In this document: positions 39,001-51,582 of the stretch, piece by piece
How the letters are laid out: each line of letters begins with the position of its first letter
Position numbering within the stretch: the stretch's first letter is position 1
From: Sphagnum compactum
Taxonomy: Eukaryota
NCBI GenBank assembly: GCA_965153455.1
Contig: OZ234493.1
Location: 29,440,213-29,504,212, forward strand
Length of the DNA stretch: 64,000 nt
Reading direction: 5' to 3'
Position numbers and translations under genes: made by a program
The notes under the pieces: model-generated
Databases searched by the model: none
What the model saw: the letters and a program-made list of their open reading frames with translations, nothing else
What the model was told of the DNA's origin: nothing

Positions 39001-42000
39001 ATGATGCTTACACTTTTTATTTTCTAAAAGAGAATATGTACATGACTTTGATTTAATTGCATATCTTTCTTTTTCACCACTAAACAAGCATCGAAAACAA
39101 AATTATTGTGGTTTCTATTTGTTTGTTGCAAATTTGATCAAGAAGTTCAAATGGACAAACATCTTGAGAATGACAATATTTGATAAAAAAACCATATGTG
39201 GGAGATTTCTTGACATGACATTTGATGCATCTATGATTTGCTTTCAGTTGAAACCCTCCTTTCCTCAAGAGAATATATAACAGATTCAATGGCAAGATGG
39301 AATCGTGGTCTGACCACGAGATGCCAAAATGTGGAAAACAATCAAGTTGGACTTGAGAAAACTAGCAATGGAGGCCTCACTACAGATTTAAATATTTCTC
39401 AACAAGCTAATACAAGTGACATCTTCATAATGAAGCGGAAGCTTTTTTTGAAGTGCAATGTTGCATTTCCAAGCACGGCAATTGAGGCCATGGTTTTGTC
39501 TTTTGACTATTTTCAGGTATTAAGTCATTGTAAAGACAAAGGATTGCAATTCCTACATCTTGGATTTCTTTAGACAAATTTTATGATTTTTTCAACCCAA
39601 AATTTGGGAAATTTGCATTCATCTAGTGTGAATTTGAATAATTTTGCTAAGTTTTGGGAAACTCTTGCCAAATGTATGATATCACCAAATTGGAGAAAAC
39701 TTTGTTCCAACTTCCTATCATAAAGATTGCACTTCAATTACATTCATTCGAATAGATAAGTTCAGTACCAAAATTTTGACAAGAATTGCATTAAAGTTGG
39801 GAACCCAAATCAGGAATATTACATCAATTCCTAGTGGTGAAGGTGAGCAACTGCCAATGATTCTCCGCTTGAAACATGGCCTCCCTTAGATAGCACGGTG
39901 TTATAATATATGTGAAAGGATCCATGATTAGCTTTGTTGGAATGGAGTTGGGATTGTTAGGCAGTGCATGAAGTGGTGACAGGATTTTTTACTCTTGCGG
40001 AGGTTGATGCTTTGATGTTGGGGGCGCTCCAATTAAGAGCAAATTATGGTTCAAATATCTCAAAACAACAAATCACGTACACCTATTGATCCAAGCAATC
40101 CTTTAAATATTCAAATTTCATCACACTTTAAAGAAGAAAATGACACTAAGTTCATTTACCAACTATGACTCATTACTTCATTCACCATGCAAGGGTCAGA
40201 AAAAGGCTGCAACTTCTTTATGAAAGCCAATTAACACTTGAAAATTGCTTTTCATTACAGGAACTAATGCTTAAATGTTTATGCTAAAAAATTCTTAGTG
40301 TATTTGGAGGGTACCTTATCTTCATGGATATCCTTTTTAAAAAAGAGGACAGATCTTACACCTACTTTTGCAGAGTGGGATGGATCTTACACCTAATAAG
40401 TAGGCATAAGAACTTGATTAGGCTAAATTGGAATGGACACTGAGAGGGTATTATTGTTGTTGACAAATGGAATAGAGAATTGAAAGCTGAAACATTTGGG
40501 GCCAAGGAGTTCATTCAAGGTAGGGATAAGCGATGGAACAAGGCAGTACTCAAGACTCTAGACGCATTACCAGCAGGGAGGAACTTCATTGAATGTAGAC
40601 AAGATTATATGGAGTTTTTGCAGAGTTGTTGCCCTCTTTATGGGTCCTGCTTTTTCTTTGTTAAGGCAAGTCAAATGTACATATACATCATTATAGGAAA
40701 TGTTTCTCAACTATAACTAATCTCAAAATTATAATAATGTTTTTGTTTCTTTTCTGAGTTTTTTGAGAGAATGTAATATTGAAAAAGATTGGCAATTTGC
40801 GTATTGATTAATATTAGATGCTAGCACACTCACATGGAAGTGAAAACATTTGGTGGGATGGGTGGCATATTGGATAGCAAAACAATGATCCAGAAATGCC
40901 TCTGCAAATGTTTCTAGCTATCAATGCGAGCGGTGTCCATTTAACTGAGGTTGTCACTAAGGTATCATAAAGACCTACCTCAAATTTTCTAAGCGTATTT
41001 AAAGGGAGCTTTTTAATCATAATATTGGACAAGACAAATTCCATTGTGTAAGAAATCTTCTATAATATAAGGCATCTTCATGACCAGACATGTTGGCATT
41101 TTGATTAGTTACATTGGTCTTTATGCAACATAAGGGCAACATTTTAGTGCATTCAGGGTTTCTCAACCCCATGTGACCTTAGTTAGGTTCCCGCCTTCAT
41201 CCATGGAGCTCTAAAACCATGAAAGCCTTTAAGCACATTTGGTTGTGCACAACATGTGAAACCACATTGGGAAAAAATTATGTAATGATAAAGCATCTTC
41301 ACCAATGGCTTATTGTAAACTATTTTGAAACTGGGTTTTCAATAGTGTGAAACTTGGTTTGCACTCTGGACCTACATATATGTTTTGAGCATAGTGCCAA
41401 ACAAGATGGTTAGTAAAACAAAATGACTACTTTTTATCAATCGGCCATAACTATTAGCCCAAGAGCTTGGCATTCAAATAGTCTATAACTTTTCACTGTC
41501 CAATTTTTCATGTTTAAAAATAACATGGGGGAAATAATTGACATTGTGTGTTGGATGTGATAAACACAATATATATAGGCCCAAACTTTGGGGGCGGGTG
41601 TGGAGCTGCTCTTACTAGTTCTAGATATCTTTGATGGATAGAAGACTAAATGTTCTATGAATGTGAGGGGTGTAACATGAAACTTTGACATGGGAAACAG
41701 GAATTATTTGTGCGCATGCAGTTTGTTGAAATCATGGGATGGAGCATTTCAAAATCCGATTTTTCAATCTTGTCATGCAAGGAGTATTTGTTCTCATTTT
41801 AGCCTCTGTATAAGTTATATTGTATTGGTGACTAATGTAATCCTTGAAACAAGAACAATGCCCTCCTCTCTCATTGAGATCTAAAAAATTAAAATGGATT
41901 AACCATAGTTGGAAGTGCCAATCTTCTTCATTCTGATCAAAAGCATGAGGACTAGCTAAAATATAAAAGTTGTGACATGTGAGTTATTTATCATGAGTTC

Positions 42001-42326
42001 CCTTTTTTTTTGGCAGGGGGAAAACTCGAGAGTTTTGGCTTGAAACCCAACAGGTGTGAGTCTAATAATGTTGCTCATCCCAATGGTCGATTTACAAATT
42101 GTTTGGAAGATTGAGATGATAAATTGAGATAATCTAAAACTGTCACAATATACTTGTAAAATATGATCATTTGTTAATCTAGTTCCTCTATAGTTGTTGG
42201 TCAAAAATAGAAAAAGATTTTACATAACATTGTTGAATGTTGGAGTTGCAGGGTGAAGAAATAGGGCACACAATTTGCTTATACAAAGAAGACCAAGATT
42301 GTCAGCAAAGAATGGAACAAAGATGA
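33067..42326 (+). CDS. Motorless MyTH4-FERM domain protein with a long repetitive low-complexity N-terminus
   Basis: Exons 33067(33061)-35587, 35765-35825, 35975-36134, 36263-36329, 36540-36687, 36956-37058, 37280-37441, 38066-38116, 38486-38600, 39248-39516, 39961-40076, 40476-40665, 40878-40961, 41701-41783, 42017-42053, 42252-42326 join in frame. MyTH4: LMAYMGD, LSDEIFFQICKQVHYNP, KGWQALALCCGILTPS, YCLKRMKK..GPRQFLPLPKEIKA. FERM: IDPMSTAEEL, KRKLFL, ALMLGALQLRANYG, YMEFLQSCCPLYGSCFFFVK, LAINASGVHL, ETQQGEEI. The 5' end is uncertain because an acceptor at 33060 suggests upstream exons. Confidence 0.85.
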
Positions 42327-42699
42327 TTGCCCTAAAATGGAAATATTGAATTGGTGTTCCTTGTTCCTTCTCATTTCAGTACCCAACAATGCCTTGACTA
42401 CCATAGTACGATGGCAAGTTCAAGATTTCAAGGTCGAATAATAATTTTATTTGAAATAGACTAGTATTCCAAAACATTCTAAAAGATTTTCTATTTTCCT
42501 TCACAATTTTTTCCCTCTTTGAGGTTTATTTTTTCAATATTTCAAAAAATGATGTAATTAGTGTTGAAGCTGCAAAGGTACTTTGGTAATTCAATAACAA
42601 TCTATGACAATGTGACCTTGTTCAAGTCATCAGTTAAAATAAAAGAACCTATGAGATTGAATTCATTAGTACAAAATTTGAAGCAACAAAACAAAATGT

Positions 42700-43060
42700 T
42701 GCTTGTGGTTGTACCCATAGGTAATATCTCAATCAAAACTCAAATAGGTTTTACAATGTCTAGTTTATTCATTGACTCGTGTGTTACACTTCTTTGCTCT
42801 TTGAACCCATGTGAACAAAGAAATTTGGGGAGTGTTATATTTCCTTAAAAAAACCCCTCCTACAATCATCAATTCATGTGAGGTGCAAAATTTGTGTAAT
42901 GTTTCCAACAATCTTCCAAACCTTTGTAAAAGACTCACATTTGTATTACGTGCTCCCAATTCATGTTCCCTATGGTATCCCTCTAAGTTGATATCCATCC
43001 CATTCATGTTGTCAATGTTGATGTCCAAGCAATGGTCCACCCACAAGCCCCCTTGCTAGT
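42700..43060 (-). mobile_element. Degraded LINE endonuclease-domain fragment
   Basis: ORF 42765-43046 (...RFGRLLETLHKFCTSHELMIVGG...) resembles the segment after GDFNAR in AP-endonucleases of non-LTR elements. Short and eroded. Confidence 0.35.
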
Positions 43061-44582
43061 CATATGTCAATTATATCACAAGTGTACATAGCTCATTCCT
43101 ACATTGCTTTAACTTTTCAACCGTTCAACAAGTGGGTTCAATCAAATTGAAAGGCACTCATAGGAATTTCATGATGTATTTGGGGGTCACCTCATATTCA
43201 TGAATATTAGTGTTGCCTTTATCAATTGAACATATATTGTAACATACATTTATAAAGTATATATGTTCATGTGGAATCCAATTTTCCTAAAAATTGGTTA
43301 AAAAATCATTATTTAATTTGCAATGACAAAATTTTCTCAAACTTCAATCATTTTCACAACATAGTTGCGAAAATGATGAAATCGCCTCCATGCACCCATA
43401 CTCACTGAAGGCTTTCTTAGGATACCAAGATTGCAGCACCCCAAATTTCTTTAAGATTTTTTTTTGGAATTTTTGCTGATGAAAATACTCAAAATTCAAT
43501 AACTTTTGCATCATAGGTCTAAAAATTTATGAAACATTTTCATGCACCTCTATTCATCAAGAGTTTTCTAAGGGTGCTAAAAACACCCAAGGGAGGGGCT
43601 GGAGGGAAGGCGGAGATCTGAATGTATTGGCCGAACTGCATTAAACCTCTTGTAATGTTGCTCATAGTGATTGGCCCCATGGTTTGGGAGTGCCAAAAGC
43701 ATTCCCCATGTAATGTGAATGGTGATAGTACTAAAGGATAAATAAGATGGTCAATGGGAATCACTACTAGAAATTTTGTCATATGCAACCACCACGTTTG
43801 CAACTGGGATGCAACTACGGGTCGCATGCAACTATCTTTGGTTTTTTATGCAACTACAATGGATTTTTGCCCCCTTTTTGGGTGTGTATGCAACTATGAT
43901 CACCTTCATCCCAACCTTTGGATGATTTTTGTGATATATCATCGTATATATTTGATATGCATATACTCATAGTTGCATGTGCAACCAAAATAGGCCAACT
44001 ATGGTCTTTTGGTAAGCTGGGTACACATTTTTTGTACCCAGCGACCATTTTTTCAAACACAATTGCAGAACGCGGGAGAGTGTCGTGGTCTTCGGTGTCT
44101 GTCTCGAGCTTCTCAGCGGAACCCTAAACCTAGGCGTTGGAAACCCTAATGGGATTTCCTTCACTCTTCTCTAGGTTGTGCACAATTTCTCGTTTGCAGA
44201 TTGGGCTTTGTAAGAGGAATTGCAGAGCCCTTTTTGCTTGCTTGCTTGTTGCTTTTCCAGACTAAGAACTGCTTAGGTCTGGCTTGTTTGGTGTTTTTGG
44301 GAGAGTTCTAGGATGGTGGGAAACCAGTTAGAGTAGTACTAGTGGATATTGTTCATGAGCTTTGGAGGAGGACGGGGTGGAGAAGTGCAGAGAGAAGAGG
44401 CTTCTTTTTGTCTCTATTTCGGTAGAGGAGCGAGGCAGGAGCTTCTTCTTTGCTGCTGTGCGTGATTTTTTTTCCTTGGCAAGGATGACTTGATTTGGAG
44501 GTTATAGAGGAGGGCCCGTCGTGTTTTTGTACCACTGGTTAGATCATCGCGTTGCGTGCGAAATAGGGCAATACCGCGGCCG

Positions 44583-45332
44583 ATGGCAGCAGATGGAGAA
44601 GAGCGAGTTCTAATCACAGCACAACAGATTGTGAGATCGTTAGGCACCACAGATACTGCAATGACGGACGACATGCTCCAAATTCTCTCGAACTTTGATC
44701 ACAGATTCTCTAGCATGAATGACAAGCCCAAGAAGCTAGAGTTTAGTACCTCGCATGAGGTAGGCACAACAGCTACAGATGAGGATCTGCAGTCGAAGCG
44801 TTCCCGACCTTCTTCACGGGGTGCGGGCGGTTCGAAGATGATCGAATCGCGCCTTGATCATGCGGAGGATGTGGTGGTTCGATGGCATCTGCGATACTCA
44901 GAGCGAGCCAAGCAGCAGAGGATTTTCGAGTGCCCGGAAGAGGAGGCTTCCACTTATCTGGAAGCGGTGGACGAGGTACAGAACCTGCTGGATCAGTTGT
45001 CCGTGCAAAACAAGGAGGAGGAGCAGCAGCCTGCAACCCTGGAGAGAGCACAGAACGTGATTCAGCTGGCGATGGAGAGACTAGAGGAGGAGTTCCGCCA
45101 CTTGCTTGCGCAGAACAGCCGATCTGTGGACCCGGATTGGCTCTTTGACTCCATGGCAGTGGCTGGATCGTTCAGAAGCTCTTTCGATGACGATCATCAT
45201 CATACCGTAGATGATGCCGTAGCAGCATCGGAGATCAGCTCCTCCGGGGAGGAAGATGCCGCCGGAGATGAAGACGAAGACGTTCTCCCGGTGGCAAGAC
45301 CCAGAGAAATTGTGCCGACGACAGTGGATTTG
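44583..45332 (+). pseudogene. EXO70: Exo70 (exocyst subunit, F-clade-like) 5' fragment, exon 1
   Basis: MAADGEERVLITAQQIVRSLG...DDMLQILSNFDHRFS...YLEAVDEV...IQLAMERLEEEFRHLL...VDL is the typical plant Exo70 N-terminus. It ends at TTG|gtgcac (possible donor); the ORF otherwise stops at 45344. Confidence 0.88.
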
Positions 45333-45586
45333 GTGCACGCGTGAACGAACAACGAGAGAGGGAGAGAGAGCGCGATTTTCAGATCGATCAAAGTCATTTT
45401 TTCCTGTGTCGTTCTTGCGGGATCTGTGGCAGCAGTGGTGCTTGTGTGAAGGAATTTTTTCGTGGATTTTTATTTTCTAAAAATTTCACTTTTTTGTTGA
45501 GGATCCAGAAGAATACATATTGTGAGGTTGTGTTTTTGTTGTGGGAGTTGGGGGGGGGGGGGGAGGGTTGGAGTGAAGAAAAGAAG

Positions 45587-48500
45587 ATGGATTGGAGCAA
45601 TGTGACGGTGGAGGAGCTTGTGGATGCTCTCAAGGAAGTGGAGTGGGCCACGCCGCCAAGGCCACTGCCGGAATTCTTTCAGAAGTTTACCACCCCCAAG
45701 ACTCAATCCAAATGGAACGCTCGCCTTAAATGCAACGTTTACTAGTAAAAGCCCTTCACTTCTTCTTCTTCTTCTTTGTTTGTATGCGTGTGTGTGCGCG
45801 CTTGTGTAGTGCATCTTACTCTTTGGAAGATCTTACTCATGTAGGCAGATGCGTCAACAGCATGAATGTTTTTTTACTTTGGTTCCGAATTTTATTGTGA
45901 AGCTTTTGCTCTGGTTTCAGCCATGACCAGACACCTTCCGGTCTCCCAAAAGGTTCAGAGAGACGCAGAGATTATGATAGGATGGTGAATTTTGGGGAGC
46001 TGTGTTAGAGTCTTAGCTGGAAAACCTAGCTGGAAACCCTAAATGTTGGATCCAAATGCTGCTGTGTTTTAGGGTTACTCCTTTCACTACATCATGTGGC
46101 CATGATGTTCTTTTGTAAAATCCATCCTATGTGGTACTGTTGGTGTAGCTCAAGAACCCTTGAGCTCCCTTCTGTAGGATTTGAACTTTGTTTTTGCCTT
46201 TGAGTAACATGTGACCCTCTCTCTCTATGCCTTTGGCTTAGATGAGTGTGATTACAGGGACAAGCTAAAATCAAACAAATTTTTACCCCTCATAAGCTTG
46301 TTGCATTTTGAAAGAGGATACTAGTGACATTTTTATTATTAGAAGCTATATCTCTTGAGATATAGCCAACATCATGATGGAGTCTTCCTGCTGCTTCCAG
46401 ACATGCAACAGAAACTCAGGATGCAGATTTGTAGCATTGTTTGCCCAGGTTTTGGACTGTTCATTATATACTTATCCACACCACCCACCATCAGTCAGGA
46501 GCTGATGAAGTCAGTAGGTAGTCATGGCAGCTCATTGCTACTATTCATGATGAAGGTGATTGTCTGACACTTTATGAGCAAGTCTCATACAGTTTATGAC
46601 TGCACTTGTCGTGGAGATTGTCTGCAATATCATAGATACTTGAGTGACACATGGATTGAATTTTTCTTGCCTGTCATGAGGCTTGTGTTGTACATGAGGA
46701 CTGAACTATCAAGTTTAATAGAATAGAGTACCAGTTCTTGGTCTCTGGCAACAGGGCAGATGGACACCTACACACATGGATTGAAAGTTTGTCTCACCTG
46801 TCATTAGATCGTGTTGTACACAAGGGCTGCACTATCAAGCCTGATAGAATATAGTGCCAATTGTTGGGCTCTGGCAACAGGGTGGGCACCTGCACATGCA
46901 GATTGAAAGTTTTCTCTCACCTTTCCTTAGATTGTGTTGTACATGGGGACTCAACTATCAAGCTTCATAGAATGCAGTAGCAGTTATTGGACTCTGGCAA
47001 TAGGACCTACACCCACACATCATATTGCCATTGAAGTTCTAGCAATTGGAATTTTGTCCTTTCTTGTCTTTTATCCTCCAACATTCTTGTCCTGAAAGGT
47101 TGTCTTTATGCTCTCTGTTTTCTTCCTTCTTTCTTTTCTGGGGTTTCCTTATTTTCTTGCTGTTTCCCCTTTGTCTTTCCCTTTGTATTCCGTTCCTCTC
47201 TCTTCTTGCAGTTTTTTGGTCCTCTCTCTCTTTTAGGTTTTCTTGAGCTAAACATCATGGCTGAATTTTCCAGTTACTGATAGTCTTATGACAGAACTCA
47301 GGATTCAGTCTAAACTTTAAACTCTAAGCCCTCACCCCTTGCCAGGAACTGATGTCCCCTGTCTTTGGGCTACCAACATAATTGTGGCCATGTGGGCCTC
47401 CTTATTCATTCTAAACTGTCAAAAAGTGAAATACTCGAATTGGGGCTGCAAGACCCGATTTCCTTTTAGTAATTGGTTGTTTTGGCGAAAGCTGCTGATT
47501 ATCATTGACAGATTGGTATGAAGATTATGACCACTGAACCCATCATTGAAACTATTCTGACAATTTCTCAGAAGAATAAAAGAGGTCATGCCCTTACCTT
47601 AGGACAATCTTGGATATCACATTTGAAATAGTCTGCATTATACTCATGAGCATTTTCTCTCCTCTTTTCTAGCTCTTCTTTCAGATCATGCTTGTGAACA
47701 TGCTTCCTCTACCTTCTGGATGTTCTTTTTACAGTTATAAGTATGTGTGCAGCATTTGTGACTGCATACATCATCACATACAACACTCAATCTAATACAT
47801 TCTAAAATGTATTGGATGTGCAGCTATCGAACCAACTACTTGATCATCTTGACTCTGATGCTTGGTGAGTCAACTGATCACTGGCTAACTTGGAATTGAG
47901 ATTTTTCATATGGCCAAATGAGTCTGTGTACAGTCCAGGAGATGGTATCTGCGTTTGGTTAAGGCTGAAACATGCTAATATCTGAATACAGTCCAGAGCT
48001 TCTTTTTACTTGGAGGTGAATCATTTAAAAAAGAGTTATGATATGAGCTGCTTGAATATTTCTCAGAGTGTTTCTGATAACAAAATTGTTTGTCTACAGT
48101 GATTGCACTTCTGCGACGACCTTTGGGACTCATTGCAGTGATTTTTGCAGCTCTGAGCATTGGATGCCTGAATGACAGGTAACGTAAACTATTCTAACAG
48201 GCATGAGAAAGCTGAAGCATTGTATCACACAGCACCAGAACAAGCTCCTTTATGCATCGAGGCAAAATAGCAATTAATAGTTCCTGGGAGAGATGAAAAG
48301 TACTACTGCTTGTGCGACATTAAGAGATTGATCATTACTTCTTGAACATCCTGGCACCTTGGTTGTCATTAATGTGCTGTCTTGTCATCCTCCAGATCTG
48401 CTCAGAGCTCTGGGAACTTTTGAAAACTCTCAAATTATGAACAATATTATTCACTTTTTCTTTCTCATAACCAGTTTCTTAGTTTGTTTGCTGATGAGCT

Positions 48501-48946
48501 ATTTTGGTGAATTTGCAGTTTTGCAATGTCAGTAAGTGAAAAACTGATAAAAGCAATAAGGAAGATATCACCACCACTTGCTGCTAAGATGCGGCCACCT
48601 GTTAGGTATGCCTGAACACAACTAGCGTTATCAAACACAGATGCAGTTTCATCTCCTTACACCATACCAGATGTTTCTGGGAGTAATTGATGTTCAAAGT
48701 GACTAGTTGCCCTTAGCAACCAATTTTAGCAGAATTGGAATCCACTTTCGGCATCAGTTTCACTCATTGAAATTGAATGGCGTGTTTAGCATCCTCCACC
48801 TGTCCAGAAATTGGAAGAGCTGAATACATGGAATTTTTGCTGTGGGCTGTCCTTTTGCAGCTCAGGAACAAGAGGTCGTCCACTTAAAGGAGCAGTTTAC
48901 ATATGTGGCAAAGATCGCCGTTTCTTTGTTGTTGGCTTGATGTCAG
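45587..48946 (+). pseudogene. PRA1: PRA1 family (PRA1.A-type prenylated Rab acceptor) exons 1-5, lacking the 3' exons
   Basis: Exons 45587-45744, 47824-47864, 48100-48178, 48519-48605, 48861-48946 join in frame: MDWSNVTVEELVDALKEVEWATPPRPLPEFF...RLKCNVYYYRTNYLII...LNDSFA...LAAKMRPP...VYICGKDR. The C-terminal HASxRTPNLKARLNTFREEF part was not found. Confidence 0.88.
46645..47020. repeat. ~123-bp tandem repeat x3 in PRA1 intron 1
   Basis: The unit 'acatggattgaa...gtgttgtaca...actatcaag...atagaat...ctctggcaa' occurs three times. Confidence 0.8.
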
Positions 48947-49105
48947 GTATGCAACTTGATGACCATCCATGGTTTTCTTCAAAACTGTTTTTCAGATGTT
49001 GTCAGGAAGATAAGAGACCTTAGGGAAGGAGAGAAGTGCTAGAGAAGCAAAATTCAAATGACTACTTGTCACCCAAAGGAGAGAGGTGTATATTGTACAT
49101 GATGG

Positions 49106-49375
49106 ATAAGTGGTGAAGTTGTAATGGGCCTTGGTAACATAGCCCAGCGAATGATTGCCGCAAATCACCAGCTTGAGTGTTGTCAGGTGTATGTGAATTG
49201 TAGGAAGGCTGTGCTGGAGGACAGTTTGTATGGACTTGGGGTGGAGAAGCTCAGCATTGAGGAGGTCCAGAAGATGCCTTGGGATATCCTGGAGGACACC
49301 ATTCGGAAGTGGATCCAGGCAATGAAAGTGGGAGCTTTGGTGTTGTTTGCAAGTGAGAAGCTGCTCTGTGAACAG
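49106..49375 (+). pseudogene. EXO70: Exo70 fragment, exon 2 (continuation of 44583-45332)
   Basis: ISGEVVMGLGNIAQRMIAANHQLECCQVYVNCRKAVLEDSLYGLGVEKLSIEEVQKMPWDILEDTIRKWIQAMK...EKLLCEQ|gtttct directly continues the ...VDL of exon 1. The expected acceptor reads GG rather than AG. No further Exo70 exons follow. Confidence 0.85.
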
Positions 49376-51582
49376 GTTTCTCTCATCATCTCTCACACTA
49401 ATAGTCTCAGCTTTTTTGCCTCCACAAGACCCAATGCAAATAACCATATTTCAGCTGACTCACTTTCAGTAACACCCAGCTTTGCAACCCAGTCATTGCT
49501 ATGACACCTATTACAGAGTAACAGGTGTTGGAGGACAAGGATGTGATTGGGCTTGGCATATGTCTGATAACAGGTGTTGGAGGACAAGGATGTGTCCACC
49601 ATGGGGTGCTAATCAAGGAGTCATGGTTCCGAGTCCAGTTAGGTGAAATTGTGGCAGGTAAAGGTAACACCCCGTTGTTGGTGCCAAATGAGAATGATGA
49701 TCCCCCACAATGTGTATTGAAGGATGTAATAGGTTCAAGCACTGTATGGGAAGGTCGTTTAATGCAAAAGCATGCTTAAGTTAAGGGCACTATAGGTCGG
49801 GAGCTAGTTGATTTTTGAATCCTAAAACCCTAATGAGTAGTTATGGCCTTTTTTGGGTGTCAATGATATTTTGGACATTGTATGGTTTAACAGACCTGAT
49901 AGAGTGATGGATTCCTGGTTGCTGTAATTGGAACAATGGCCATTAAACCCCATTGGATGGAATTTCAATGTTATTACAAAGGGTAATTTGTTGGTCACAG
50001 ATCGATGTGTGTAATATTTATTGGTTGATTTTTCAGCACTAGTGGAATATAATAGAGACCTGATATGTATAATGTACATTAGTTAAAGTAGGTGTAGGTG
50101 TGTGAGGAACCCCAATATGGGCAAGGCAATGGTTAATGCTACTAATCTAGTTGCACATGTGACTATAGTGGCACACCTCAACCTTAAAACAGCAGTTGCA
50201 TTTGTAACTAAATCTAACAGTTGTTGTGCTGCCATGTGGCACACTATAAATGGTAAGATGAAAAACCCTAACCCTAACCCTAACCCTAACACCTGTAAAG
50301 TGGGACCATGTGACACATGGCGCTTCAAGCTACCAAAATACTAGTTGCAAATGCAACTACATCGTGCAGTCACTAGGTTGTCATATGGCATCATCCTGAT
50401 AATTCAATGGGGGTTAAACCCTATAACCCTAACCCTAATCTGTGCCACGTGTACAATGACATAGCATGGTTGATCAAGCCTTAAACCCAACACGTGTCCG
50501 CACCCCAACGGCTACGACTTGGACGGTCTAGATTAATCAAAGTAATTCTTAAAATTAAATATTTAATTACAAAATAAAAGTACACGTGTTCACATACAAT
50601 TGGGTTAGCTAATTAACATGTAATGCAGTGTGAACGCAACCCCTGTAGTTGCATGTAGTCGCACTTACGACTGCTAGTATAGAGTGTGGGTGGATGAAAC
50701 CATATAACCCAACCATATATACTTGTCATATACGGACTGTCGGATGCAACTGCAATTTTGATGCAACTTGTCTTAGGCAACTAGGCGAATTTCTAGTTGC
50801 AAGTGTCGCTTGCAACTGAAAACCAGTTGCATAAGACAGTTGCAAAATGGCAAATTTCTAGTAGTGAATTATCCCATGCATTTTCTCATGTGATGTAAGA
50901 AGGCAAACATAAAATGGTCAATAAGATAAAAAGTCATTGATTGGTTGAAATGGCTAAGTGTTCTTGGCCAAAGTATGAAGCAAGTTGAACAAGATTCCTT
51001 ATGGGTCCAAGTGTGAACTCAAGCCCAAGTGTTATGTTGTGTATAGAAGAAAGGTTTGCATTTAGACCTTTTAAAGAATTGAGCTCCCATTGAGATGGTG
51101 ATAGGTTGAGTTAGAGGGATTGAAATTCCTAAAGTCTCAATGCAAACCCATCATCTATGTAAAGAACTACAAAGACTTCCTATTTTATCTTTGAAAGCTC
51201 TTTCTTTTTTTTAAATAATATATTTGCCCTAAAGTTTTTCATGGTTACTTTGCTATCATCATCCTCTTTTGTGTGTAAGCTCCATCTTTGCATGCAACCT
51301 TCATTGTTGTTTTTTAACTTTTATAATTTCATGTTTGCTAGATTATAGAAGGGATTTGAGGGGATTTAAGATTTTCCATGTGACAATCTAGTTCACTTTT
51401 ACAAGGCAATTTTGAGTTGGGTCTCAATTTCCAAATTAAAGGATTGTTCCAGGTTTTTTGAATTCTTTTTTTTCCCCCCCCCAAACTTTGGCAATTTTGT
51501 TTTGGCTCAATTTTACAAACAATTTTAGGAGGTTGTGAGGATATGGATCACCTTTTCAAGGCCGTTTCATATCTTGTCTTAA

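Larger units (their letters stand above)
43762..50866. mobile_element. Non-autonomous CACTA element carrying captured host gene fragments (Pack-CACTA-like)
   Basis: Left end CACTACTAGAAATTTtgtcatatgcaac at 43762; right end gttgcaaaatggcAAATTTCTAGTAGTG ending at 50866 (15-bp perfect TIR). AAT flanks both sides (43759-43761, 50867-50869). TGCAAC/GTTGCA subterminal repeats at both ends. No transposase recognised inside. Confidence 0.75.

Noticed and set aside
48947-49375. In-frame PRA1-Exo70 fusion protein
   Set aside because: PRA1 exon 5 ends in phase 1. The acceptors I tested (48996, 49110) do not give the Exo70 frame and hit stops.
50650-50680. Hairpin + CTAG resembling a Helitron 3' end
   Set aside because: It lies within the CACTA subterminal repeat zone, which is rich in short inverted motifs, and no matching 5' end was identified.
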